The position numbers and the translations under genes were made by a program. A stretch of DNA of 64,000 nt from a virus. The notes under the pieces are model-generated. The model was given only the letters and a program-made list of their open reading frames with translations. It had not been told where the DNA came from and searched no databases. Shown here one piece after another: positions 18,249 through 27,111 of this stretch; position 1 is the stretch's first letter, and every line of letters starts with the position of its first letter. Location: IMG/VR virus record IMGVR_UViG_3300043446_005369, positions 20,376 to 84,375 of that record; one strand, written 5' to 3'.

Positions 18249-18680
18249 TTAGTTATATCCAGCAATAAATTTAGACCACTCAATGCTGTTTTTAATCTGA
18301 AAAGATCTGTTAGAAACGGTCTTTATGATCTCTTCTAGGAACTTCAGCATGGTGTCATAGTAGCGAACCTTCATCTCCGCTTTGGAAAGCCTCTCATCGG
18401 CCTCTAGATGCCTCTGTAAGGCGTCTTTATCCCTCACCTTGTAGGGGAATGGCTCTTGGGCATAAACCTCTGCTGCAGCCTTTCCTGAGTAGTAGTTGTA
18501 GCGTTCCAGTTTGATTCTACTTAGAGTCTCTTTTGCACGTTCTCTGAGTAGAGTTGTGGTATTATATACAGTATAATATTTTGCATGTAGTTGTGGAATT
18601 TTTAAAGATTCTTCATGCAGATTATCGGGATCAATCACCGAATCTTTTTTCCACATTTCTTCAATATCTTCAAGTGTCAT
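18249..18680 (-). CDS. uvsY: recombination mediator UvsY
   Basis: IPQLHAKY, YYSGKA and RSFQIKNSIEW motifs; near uvsW. Confidence 0.92.
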   Translation of the reverse strand: MTLEDIEEMWKKDSVIDPDNLHEESLKIPQLHAKYYTVYNTTTLLRERAKETLSRIKLERYNYYSGKAAAEVYAQEPFPYKVRDKDALQRHLEADERLSKAEMKVRYYDTMLKFLEEIIKTVSNRSFQIKNSIEWSKFIAGYN

Positions 18681-19222
18681 AGGGGCTTGTTGTTTTTGTC
18701 AAGTATGTTGTAGATAGTATACTTGAACACTGCCTCTGTTGTAAAGTACTGTATGTCCGATTTTGTCGAATCAAACTCCAATGCAGAAAGTGAAATTGGA
18801 TATAAATCTTTAAATTTAATCACAATATTAGTATTGAAATTACTATCTAAAATTGATAGTGATCCATCACTAAACCCTTTTAATGAATCTTGATTTCCAG
18901 CATCATCTGTAATTAAATTTTTATATTGTTGCGCAGTTTCTGGAAATCCAAGACCAGTAATCCAATTATGAATAGCACTATAATTTACAAAATCTTCATC
19001 TACTAGAAATTTAATGCTAAAATCTCCATATGAAATTTTATCTCCAGGTACATCAATATCCTTTAAATAGGTGGATTGCGTTTCTGTTGATAAAGTAATA
19101 TCTGGAATTTTTGCAGAATTACAAAAGAAAGCTATTTTTGGATTTTTACTAATTGTAAATTTAAATCCTATTGGAGATAAAAAATTCCGATTTGAAATTT
19201 GATTCGCAAAAGCGTTTGTCAT
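18677..19222 (-). CDS. gp3: tail completion / tube terminator gp3 (tail-tube fold)
   Basis: NFLSPIGFKF, FLVDED and FKDLYPISLS motifs; located after gp23. Confidence 0.8.
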   Translation of the reverse strand: MTNAFANQISNRNFLSPIGFKFTISKNPKIAFFCNSAKIPDITLSTETQSTYLKDIDVPGDKISYGDFSIKFLVDEDFVNYSAIHNWITGLGFPETAQQYKNLITDDAGNQDSLKGFSDGSLSILDSNFNTNIVIKFKDLYPISLSALEFDSTKSDIQYFTTEAVFKYTIYNILDKNNKPL

Positions 19223-19404
19223 GGATTTTTAATTGGAACCAATCTAAATGGAGTATGAGTAACACCTCTTGCTCTAGGACCCATTTGTCCTCTTTTTGCT
19301 TTATTTAAATTATCTTGTTCTACTGACCCAAGAGGTATTATATTATCTTTTGATATTCTTCTATTATTTGAAGCGTCTTCCAAAAATTGTTGAAAAGATT
19401 TCAT
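19219..19404 (-). CDS. small basic protein with CTS-like N-terminus MKSFQQFLE
   Basis: ORF track; CTAAATA late promoter at 19426-19420. Confidence 0.65.
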   Translation of the reverse strand: MKSFQQFLEDASNNRRISKDNIIPLGSVEQDNLNKAKRGQMGPRARGVTHTPFRLVPIKNP

Positions 19405-19428
19405 TTTACTTTTTATTTGTATTTAGAT

Positions 19429-19454
19429 AAAAAAAGAGCCCCTCTCGGGGCTCT
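19429..19454 (-). terminator. intrinsic terminator after gp23
   Basis: AGAGCCCC-GAGA-GGGGCTCT followed by a T run. Confidence 0.9.
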
Positions 19455-19471
19455 AAGATTTGTGAGATTGC

Positions 19472-20884
19472 TCACATTAGATTTTGTACTTTAACTCTTC
19501 TGTAGTATACGTTAGAGTTTGCAGTAATGTTATCAGGTGAAGTAGCAGCAGTAGCACCCTTCGCAAATGGATTCGCAACAATACCATAACGAGTCTTAAA
19601 TCCAATTTTTGGTTGGAAGGTTTGCTCACCAACTGCACGTACCATCTGTAGAGGTACGTATGGGCAATAGAAGAGACCTGCATCATAAGGAGAGGCACCC
19701 TTATAACCCATTACATAGAATTGATTAGCAGAAACGTTTGCGGAATATGGGTCAATGTATACACGATACTTACCCTGAAGAATTCCAGCAAAAGTATTGC
19801 CAGTATCATCTACTTGAAGATTTGAGTTTAGAGCTGGGGTATAATCCAGAACTCCGGCCATAGTTAGTGCAGAAGCAACGTCGGCAGAGCAAAGGATCAT
19901 ATTACCCTTTCCTCTACGAGTTTGCTGAGCGATAGCGTTGGCATCACGCTCAATCTGGAAAATTAGACCTTTAAACTTCTCAACAGACCAACGGCCATTG
20001 GAGTCAACATCAAGGTCAAAAGTACCAGCAGTTGCGGTATTAACTTGAGCACCAGGAACAGCAATCTTATAAATGGTACGAATGATCTCACGGTTAATCT
20101 CAGCAAGAATCTCAGTGGAGAGAATATTTGCGAGTTCCGCTTCAGCATTCAGACCATGAATAGCCTTTAGGTCCTGAGCAAGCTCAAGTGAGTACTCAGC
20201 TTTTAAAGCACGGCTCCTTGCAGTAACGGTAAGCTTCTCGATTGAGAAAGCCATTTCGTTAAAGTAAGTTCCAGAACCACCATCACCGAGAGCTTCAGAA
20301 TCGGCAGTAACCATGCCTTCACCAACATTATAAGCCTGTTGATTAGCATTGGTTGCATCAAGAATTGAAGGATTGCTGCCTGAAACTGGTGATGTAGTAC
20401 CAAGACCAACAGCACCGTCAATAAATCCACGATCAAGATTACGTCCTTTATTTTGACCGGAGAAGGAAGAATCAGCTTCATTATAGAAAGCTTCAGTTCC
20501 AGTCATGTTATTATAACGGGAACGCATTGCAAAAATTAGACCTGTGGGGCCGTTCATTGGCTGAACACCACAAAGATCATATGCAATGAGATTAGGCATT
20601 GAACGGCGAATCAGAGAGATTAGCACTGGATCAAAACCTGCAACTGGAGTTCCAGTTGTATTTGAAGCACTACCAGTATATCCACCAGTTACACCAGCGG
20701 AACTAAAGCTTTGAGTAGGAGCTTCATATAGGAAAGAGCGTTCTTCACGTAGTTCTCTTTCTTGGTTCTCTAACAGGATAGCGGTTACGGCTCTACGGTG
20801 TGAGTCTGAAATGCGATCCATTCCTTGATAATCAAGAATTGGTGCCCACTTCTCCTGCAGATACTCTGCGTTATACATCTGCAT
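19472..20884 (-). CDS. gp23: major capsid protein gp23
   Basis: GVQPMNGPTGLIFAMR, SRALKAEYSLELAQDLKAIHGL and YCPYVPL motifs. Confidence 0.99.
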   Translation of the reverse strand: MQMYNAEYLQEKWAPILDYQGMDRISDSHRRAVTAILLENQERELREERSFLYEAPTQSFSSAGVTGGYTGSASNTTGTPVAGFDPVLISLIRRSMPNLIAYDLCGVQPMNGPTGLIFAMRSRYNNMTGTEAFYNEADSSFSGQNKGRNLDRGFIDGAVGLGTTSPVSGSNPSILDATNANQQAYNVGEGMVTADSEALGDGGSGTYFNEMAFSIEKLTVTARSRALKAEYSLELAQDLKAIHGLNAEAELANILSTEILAEINREIIRTIYKIAVPGAQVNTATAGTFDLDVDSNGRWSVEKFKGLIFQIERDANAIAQQTRRGKGNMILCSADVASALTMAGVLDYTPALNSNLQVDDTGNTFAGILQGKYRVYIDPYSANVSANQFYVMGYKGASPYDAGLFYCPYVPLQMVRAVGEQTFQPKIGFKTRYGIVANPFAKGATAATSPDNITANSNVYYRRVKVQNLM

Positions 20885-20928
20885 TGAATTTACCTCTTAA
20901 AAGTTTTGTTTGATTTATGATTTAGAAA

Positions 20929-22098
20929 TCACTTTCTAGCGACTCTACTAAGAGTTTCTAAGTAAGCTTCCATTGCAGGAGATACTGAGGAATACTCGGT
21001 ATCCCCATCATAGTAAACTTCTTCTGAAAGAATCTCTGTAGTTTCTCTTTGAGTACTAGTAGTTGAAGGGAAATAAGATTCTCTTAGTGTTACTAGCTTC
21101 TCACGATAGTTTTCTTCACCATCAAACTCAACATTTTCGGCAAGAGAAGCGAGTTTGTCTTTTTGAGAAAGTGCAAGACCTTCTGCGACATCTGCAAAAA
21201 TTACATCAGCAACTGACTCGGCTAATCTTCTATTAAGAGCAACATTTCTTTCAATTTGCTCGTTGAGTTTTTCTTCCATTTCATCAAGTTTATCTACCAT
21301 ACTCTCGACAACATCATATTTATCTTCAGGTATTGATACATAATGTTCTTCAAAAAGTTGTCTCATTCCATAAAGAAATGATTCTGTCATTTGATTTTTG
21401 ATACCCATTTCGACTGCAAGAGCATTTTCTTGCATCCATTCGTCTGCAGCATATTCTAGATAAGTATCCAGACGATCTGTGAGTTCTTCTTTAATAACTT
21501 CAATTTCTTCTACGAGTGCATTCTCGTAGGTTTCTTGAAGTTGCTCTTTAATTTCTGAAACTTTAGAACGAATCGCAGCTTCAAAAATAGTGCGAGCCTT
21601 TTCTTGAAATTCTTCAGAAAGATCTTCACCATCTAGAAGAGCACTGACATCTTCATCGATATCAAATTCCTCTTCCATTTTCTTTTCTTCAGTCTCTTCG
21701 TCTTCGTCTTCTTCGTCGTCTTCGGCTTCTTCAGAAACTACGTCTTCGTCCTCATCATCTTCTAGATATTCGTCTTCATCTTCAACTTCTTCTTTCATTC
21801 CTTGACCTGGAAGTCCAACAGGAGTTGCTGAAGTACGTGGACCTTCGGCAGCTTGAGCCCTAGCATTGACTACATTTCGTACCTGTGCTAAAGTTGCTCC
21901 AGGTGTTCTGAGAACAGCTGAATCATCATCAGGACGATAATTTTCGGGAGTAGGGCCACCTAAATCTTCCCAAGCTCCAGTTTGTCCAGGAATCATAACT
22001 CCTGATGCATTCTGTGCAATGCCTTGCATTGGATCGGCAGCTGAAGCCCCTTTGGTTACTACGTTTTCCATTTCTTGTAAATTTCTACCAACGGACAT
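20929..22098 (-). CDS. gp22: prohead core scaffold gp22
   Basis: LSEEFQEKARTIFEAA and acidic coiled-coil; lies between gp21 and gp23; TATAAATA at 22133-22126. Confidence 0.93.
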   Translation of the reverse strand: MSVGRNLQEMENVVTKGASAADPMQGIAQNASGVMIPGQTGAWEDLGGPTPENYRPDDDSAVLRTPGATLAQVRNVVNARAQAAEGPRTSATPVGLPGQGMKEEVEDEDEYLEDDEDEDVVSEEAEDDEEDEDEETEEKKMEEEFDIDEDVSALLDGEDLSEEFQEKARTIFEAAIRSKVSEIKEQLQETYENALVEEIEVIKEELTDRLDTYLEYAADEWMQENALAVEMGIKNQMTESFLYGMRQLFEEHYVSIPEDKYDVVESMVDKLDEMEEKLNEQIERNVALNRRLAESVADVIFADVAEGLALSQKDKLASLAENVEFDGEENYREKLVTLRESYFPSTTSTQRETTEILSEEVYYDGDTEYSSVSPAMEAYLETLSRVARK

Positions 22099-22135
22099 TT
22101 TAGATTTCTGTTTTTAATCTATATTTATTTATAAA

Positions 22136-22786
22136 TTATAAATTTGAAAGAAACTCTTGGAACAATTTTACTTTATGTTCTTGAAGTGTTCTTTCATCAA
22201 CAAGTGTATTAATTCTCTTTTTTGTGGATTCTACAAGTTTTTCCTGAAGAATACCTCCACTCCACACCCACTCTTTTCCTTCCATAATACCCTGAACAAA
22301 TGCGTCAGGGGCAGAAGGATCCGCTACAATGTCTGCAGCAGTAGCCAACATAAAATCTTCTCCAACAATTTTATGACCTTCATTAGTCATTTTTAATGAT
22401 CCGACACCACGAGAAGAAACTCCCAAACATACACCTTCATGAATAAGAGATTTTGCAATCTTACCCATTGGAGTTTCAAGAAGTTGAGCCTTACCTACAA
22501 AATTTCTACCTTCTTGACGAAGAGATACAATTTTATGTGAAACTCGATCTAAATTTACAGTAGGTCCATCAGGATGTCCTAATTCGCCAAGAGCACGACC
22601 TTTATTGATAAATGATTCTGAATAACGATTTACTTCACGGCGAAGTGTTTCTAATGGATACATTCTTCCATTACGATTACAAATGTCTCCTTGAAGGAAA
22701 ATACCTTCAATAAACATTTTTTTCTCAGATCCCTTACCTTCGGTAATGAATTTTACTTTTTGAGCTTCTTCTGTGATGAGTTTCAT
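22136..22786 (-). CDS. gp21: prohead protease gp21
   Basis: NRNGRMYP, ALGELGHP, GVSSRG and DIVADPSAPDA motifs. Confidence 0.97.
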   Translation of the reverse strand: MKLITEEAQKVKFITEGKGSEKKMFIEGIFLQGDICNRNGRMYPLETLRREVNRYSESFINKGRALGELGHPDGPTVNLDRVSHKIVSLRQEGRNFVGKAQLLETPMGKIAKSLIHEGVCLGVSSRGVGSLKMTNEGHKIVGEDFMLATAADIVADPSAPDAFVQGIMEGKEWVWSGGILQEKLVESTKKRINTLVDERTLQEHKVKLFQEFLSNL

Positions 22787-22788
22787 TT

Positions 22789-23331
22789 TTATTCTGAGAC
22801 TAGGGTTACTACTTCTGCAATATTAAAGAAAGTATTTGGTTCATAAGATAAGCATGAAACCTTAACGCTTCTTGCAACTGTCGCTCCCGCAACTACTGGA
22901 GAAACTATTGATGAACTATTAAAATCAATGGTAATTGATGAATCTGTAGACGATATAACTGGCTTATGCGTTGTGTTTATTCCAACTGTTTGAGCATTTT
23001 CAATTGTTACATAATCACCAACTTCAAATGGATTTCCTGCATTATTTCCAAAAATTAATGTAGTTGAAGTGCCAGTAGTGATACCTGAAATAACTTGTCT
23101 TTTTAGTGTTTCCTTAAGAATATCAACACTATAGGAAGTGATATGATAGTTATTTTGTGTTGCAACTGGATTATTTCCAATTGCAATATAGCCTCCAGCA
23201 CTTCCTGTAGTTGAACCAATAGTAATTCTCAAATAACCACTCTTTAATGCAATAGGCACACTAGTTGCTGCAACTCCTACTGACGGAGTAAGCCTTGGTA
23301 TATTTGTATCTTGAACTATTTTTGTGGCCAT
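22789..23331 (-). CDS. hypothetical virion protein (T/S/V-rich, beta-rich)
   Basis: ORF tightly coupled within the head gene cluster. Confidence 0.6.
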   Translation of the reverse strand: MATKIVQDTNIPRLTPSVGVAATSVPIALKSGYLRITIGSTTGSAGGYIAIGNNPVATQNNYHITSYSVDILKETLKRQVISGITTGTSTTLIFGNNAGNPFEVGDYVTIENAQTVGINTTHKPVISSTDSSITIDFNSSSIVSPVVAGATVARSVKVSCLSYEPNTFFNIAEVVTLVSE

Positions 23332-23495
23332 TATTCGTTTTCTCCGGATTCATAATCATCAAACATTGATGCTGTAACTTCTGGAACAACACTATCAATT
23401 TTTTCACCAGCTTTTGCGTATAATAATTCTTTGATTTTATCAGTAATATCTGATGGTTTTCCATCAGTTGCAATCAAATCGACGAGATCTTCCAT
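23331..23495 (-). CDS. small acidic prohead-core-like protein (gp67/68 position)
   Basis: Manual translation: MEDLVDLIATDGKPSDITDKIKELLYAKAGEKIDSVVPEVTASMFDD...; TATAAATA at 23527-23520. Confidence 0.7.
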   Translation of the reverse strand: MEDLVDLIATDGKPSDITDKIKELLYAKAGEKIDSVVPEVTASMFDDYESGENE

Positions 23496-23522
23496 AAAAT
23501 TTAAACTATGTTATAGAGTTAT

Positions 23523-26471
23523 TTATATTTTTCCACCTTTAGGATTGGGAATTTCCACCGCAGAGGTATTCATAGATGGTTCAATTGGTGTTTCTCCGGT
23601 TGGGGATTGTTCTACTCCTTGAGGGACACCACCTTGTTGATCCGTCGCAATGGGGTTTCCAAATTCATCTACTGGTTGATTTGGATTTGGTAAAATACCT
23701 TTATTAATTTCATCTTCAATTTGCATATCAATTTCAATGATTTCGGAATCAGTTTGACGCAGAATTTTTTTACGAATGTATTCTGTGGAATAATATTTCC
23801 CGATATATGGCTCAATTGTAGTTGCAAGTGTTAAACGATTTGTCATCAATTCTGCTTCCTTTAATTCGGCAAAATGATTATCATAAAGAAAATCATACTG
23901 AATATGATCTGCCATTTTCTCCCAATCTTCAGGAGAAACGATGTTTTTAAGAATTAGTTGACTTCTCAGAATATCATTAAAAACATTTGCGAATTTTTTT
24001 CTTAATCTTCCAACAAATTTGGAGAACATTAATTCGTCACGAAGAATTTCTGAAGATCTACCTAGATTAAATCCATCTCCACTACCAGCAATTCTAGATT
24101 CAGGAACTCCAAGTGCTCTATAAAGTTTTTTCTGAAAATATTGAATATCGCTGAGTTCACCTAAGTTTTGACCGCCTGGAAGAGTTGTAATTTCTGTTCC
24201 TCTTCCACCTTCTCTTCTAGGAAGCCAGAAATCTTCTAGCATACTCATGAATTTGCGATCATCTCTTATTTCACCTGTGTTTGCGTCATATACCAATTTA
24301 TTCCTATAACGAGACATAACTTCTTTTAAGTATTGCTCAGCTTTTACTTTAGGAAGATTGCCGACATCAATGTAAAAAATTCTACGTTCAGGAGCCCTCG
24401 AATTATGAACTACAATACCGTTCGCCACAAAATTATGCTTTTCATGAGAAACTTCAATATCATAAACATCCTCGACTTCTGCAGTTTCCACAGAAATAAT
24501 TTTTTCAAATTTTGGAAGTTCATATTCACTTAAATACAATTCCCAGCATTGAGTTTCTGGAATTAATCTTGTCTTATTTTCCTCACCTATAATTCTTGTT
24601 TGTTCTGGTCGGATTCTATGGCGAATTTGTCCGGAACAAAGGCCAATTGAAGTCCAGATTTCTTTAATATCTTCAATAAGCTGTTTATTTGCTAAAGAAA
24701 TTTCACATGAAAATCCATTTACTAGATCTCTATAATGTCCATCTGCATCTAGAAGTCCAAGAATAAATTCTCTTTTAATGTTATTTGGGGATGTAAATAC
24801 CCAATCTGGAATTCTCTTAATTTTAGCTCCATTTTTAAATCCAAGCTTTTGCAGAAGTTCCGAAGCAAGCGTGTTGCTTGAATGGTAATTACTATATTTT
24901 CTATTAGATTTTGACCTCGTACAATTACCAAAAAACTTTTCCATCAACTTACTATAATATAAGTTTTGAATCTCATCTTCACCTTCTGCGAATGTTACAC
25001 CATATTTTGTAATACATCCATCACCAATTAAAAATCCAAATAGTCTTGCAAATTCTTCATCGATATATTCTGGAAGATTTAGTTGATTTGTACCCCAACC
25101 ATATAGTTTTTCCTCGAATTTTGCATCTTTAAGTACTTCAATTTCTTCTTGAAGTACTGCAACATCAGAAGATTCTAATGACTGAGATCCATATAAGAAA
25201 TTTTGAATACTACTCCTATTGATATTAGTTTTTTCTGAAATTTGTTGTATAACTTTTTCTTTATTGTCAATTTTATAGGAGGACCACAAGAAAGTATCTT
25301 TTAGTTTATAGCATTTTTCTCGAACTTCTGGAAATGCAGTTTGAGTAGAGCATTCTTCTGGTCTAATGTAAGTTAAACTATGTCTTTTTGGTTGAAGATC
25401 TTTGATAGGAACGTACTTCACGTCTTTAGTCTCATTATCATAAACGAGAACTGGGTGAGTATCGGTTCCTACAACACTATGATGCTTAGACTGAACTCTA
25501 AAAGACTGTTTAGTTCCAGTTAACCACTTATTAGATACAGTTGTTTCAACTAATTTATCAACACGATTATCATAACTATAAACTTTATCTCCAACTTGAA
25601 TATCTTTAATGTATGAATAACCTTTGTCTGTTTTTACTCGGGTATCTCCAATTAAGCAAAGGCGATAAATTACCAAAGAATCTTCAATCATTCTAAGTTG
25701 ATTGAGAGCCTTAATTGCTTTATGTAAATAAGATAAAATAGTTCCTTTATTGCGATCTACAAGCCCCGAAGTGCAATATGTAATAGAGTCTTTTGCAATT
25801 TTAACTCCCTTTTTGGATCCTCCGGAAATAGTTCCACTTGGAAAATTAGGAGTCGGAGTATACACAAAATACTCTTCAATTTCAGGAAAGTTATATTGTT
25901 GAGCATCAGTTCCATCATTTAGTCTAAAATTCTTATACTTATCCGCACCATTCGAAGTTCTTTTCTCTTGACGCACATGCTTCATTTTCATTGGATCAAT
26001 ATATCTCAATTCCTGAATTCCTTTCTCAGGATTTTTTTGATCAATGACTTTTAAATAGAATAATCTTCCATCCACATACCAATTCCTAAAAATTTCATGG
26101 CATTTTTTATCAAAATCCATGATTTCTTTAATATATTTAAATTCTATTCGAATTAGTTCTTTTAATCTATCACTCGCATTTAAATTTGATAGTTCAATTT
26201 CAACTGGAGAATCATATAGGTCACTGACAATAGCTTCATTGACTACACTTTCAATTGCACCTTCACATTCTGGATGTAAAGCCATTTCTCGGTATCTTCG
26301 AATCAAGTCGTACTCAGTTCGATAAACACCTTCAATATCTACATATTGACCATAAAATCCAGATTGAATAAAATGATCAACCCCGTCCTCATTATTTGCG
26401 GGAACGGGGGAAACTATAGATTTAGATTTTTTATCATTATCATCAATTGAAAAACCAAAAAGTTTTGCCAT
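23523..26471 (-). CDS. gp20: portal vertex protein gp20 containing a 419-aa intein
   Basis: NQLRMIEDSLVIYRL | SRAPERRIFYIDVGNLPK and EDFWLPRREGGRGTEITTLPGG; the exteins total 563 aa. Confidence 0.96.
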   Translation of the reverse strand: MAKLFGFSIDDNDKKSKSIVSPVPANNEDGVDHFIQSGFYGQYVDIEGVYRTEYDLIRRYREMALHPECEGAIESVVNEAIVSDLYDSPVEIELSNLNASDRLKELIRIEFKYIKEIMDFDKKCHEIFRNWYVDGRLFYLKVIDQKNPEKGIQELRYIDPMKMKHVRQEKRTSNGADKYKNFRLNDGTDAQQYNFPEIEEYFVYTPTPNFPSGTISGGSKKGVKIAKDSITYCTSGLVDRNKGTILSYLHKAIKALNQLRMIEDSLVIYRLCLIGDTRVKTDKGYSYIKDIQVGDKVYSYDNRVDKLVETTVSNKWLTGTKQSFRVQSKHHSVVGTDTHPVLVYDNETKDVKYVPIKDLQPKRHSLTYIRPEECSTQTAFPEVREKCYKLKDTFLWSSYKIDNKEKVIQQISEKTNINRSSIQNFLYGSQSLESSDVAVLQEEIEVLKDAKFEEKLYGWGTNQLNLPEYIDEEFARLFGFLIGDGCITKYGVTFAEGEDEIQNLYYSKLMEKFFGNCTRSKSNRKYSNYHSSNTLASELLQKLGFKNGAKIKRIPDWVFTSPNNIKREFILGLLDADGHYRDLVNGFSCEISLANKQLIEDIKEIWTSIGLCSGQIRHRIRPEQTRIIGEENKTRLIPETQCWELYLSEYELPKFEKIISVETAEVEDVYDIEVSHEKHNFVANGIVVHNSRAPERRIFYIDVGNLPKVKAEQYLKEVMSRYRNKLVYDANTGEIRDDRKFMSMLEDFWLPRREGGRGTEITTLPGGQNLGELSDIQYFQKKLYRALGVPESRIAGSGDGFNLGRSSEILRDELMFSKFVGRLRKKFANVFNDILRSQLILKNIVSPEDWEKMADHIQYDFLYDNHFAELKEAELMTNRLTLATTIEPYIGKYYSTEYIRKKILRQTDSEIIEIDMQIEDEINKGILPNPNQPVDEFGNPIATDQQGGVPQGVEQSPTGETPIEPSMNTSAVEIPNPKGGKI
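24402..25658 (-). mobile_element. class-1 intein with LAGLIDADG endonuclease in the portal gene
   Basis: Starts CLIGDTRV; block B TDTHP; LAGLIDADG motifs FGFLIGDG and FILGLLDADG; ends VYDIEV..HNFVANGIVVHN|S. Confidence 0.95.
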
Positions 26472-26502
26472 TTTATAAATTTAAAATTGTAACGTATTTT
26501 AT

Positions 26503-27093
26503 TTAGTTAATGTCTACACCACCAGCCGCAGGAGAATTACCCTTAACAGCTTCCCACCAGAGAATTTGGAATTCCACAGGAAATTCTTCAATTGAACTTG
26601 TACTATAATCTAACTGAATTGCGCCAACTTGAGTTGGAAATATGTCATAAAAATGATATGCTCTTAGAGTTGATCCGTCACGATCTAACTGATAAACAAA
26701 TGCATCTGCGGTATATGCAGATGGATCAGTAACACCAGTATTGTCAGATACTCGATTAACTTTATTCATCCAATTTTCAAAGGCAGAACGAATTGCAAAG
26801 TCAGTATCATTTAAAACAGTTACTGTCCAACTATCAAATGTGCGATCTCCTGCAACTTTAAGAGTTCTACCTCTAAAATTTACATCGATTGGGGCAATAT
26901 TTGATCCAGGGAGATTTGCACCCTTTACCAAAAATCTTGCTTTGTCTAAAACGTTTGTATCTGCGGGTGCAATAGAAGGAAATGAAAGAACTACCTCAAA
27001 AAGATTAGAGCGAGTACCACCACCAGTAAGTTTACTTTTGAAGTCAGTAATCTTTCTTAGTGGAGGTGGATTGAATTGGGTTCTAGTTGTCAT
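26503..27093 (-). CDS. gp19: tail tube protein gp19
   Basis: RSNLFEV, FRGRTLKVAGDRTF and WTVTVLND motifs. Confidence 0.95.
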   Translation of the reverse strand: MTTRTQFNPPPLRKITDFKSKLTGGGTRSNLFEVVLSFPSIAPADTNVLDKARFLVKGANLPGSNIAPIDVNFRGRTLKVAGDRTFDSWTVTVLNDTDFAIRSAFENWMNKVNRVSDNTGVTDPSAYTADAFVYQLDRDGSTLRAYHFYDIFPTQVGAIQLDYSTSSIEEFPVEFQILWWEAVKGNSPAAGGVDIN

Positions 27094-27111
27094 AGTAGTT
27101 TAACCTCTAAA

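Noticed and set aside
23261-23473. 70-aa track ORF in the head cluster
   Set aside because: The other frame (23331..23495) has a late promoter, abuts the next gene and looks protein-like.
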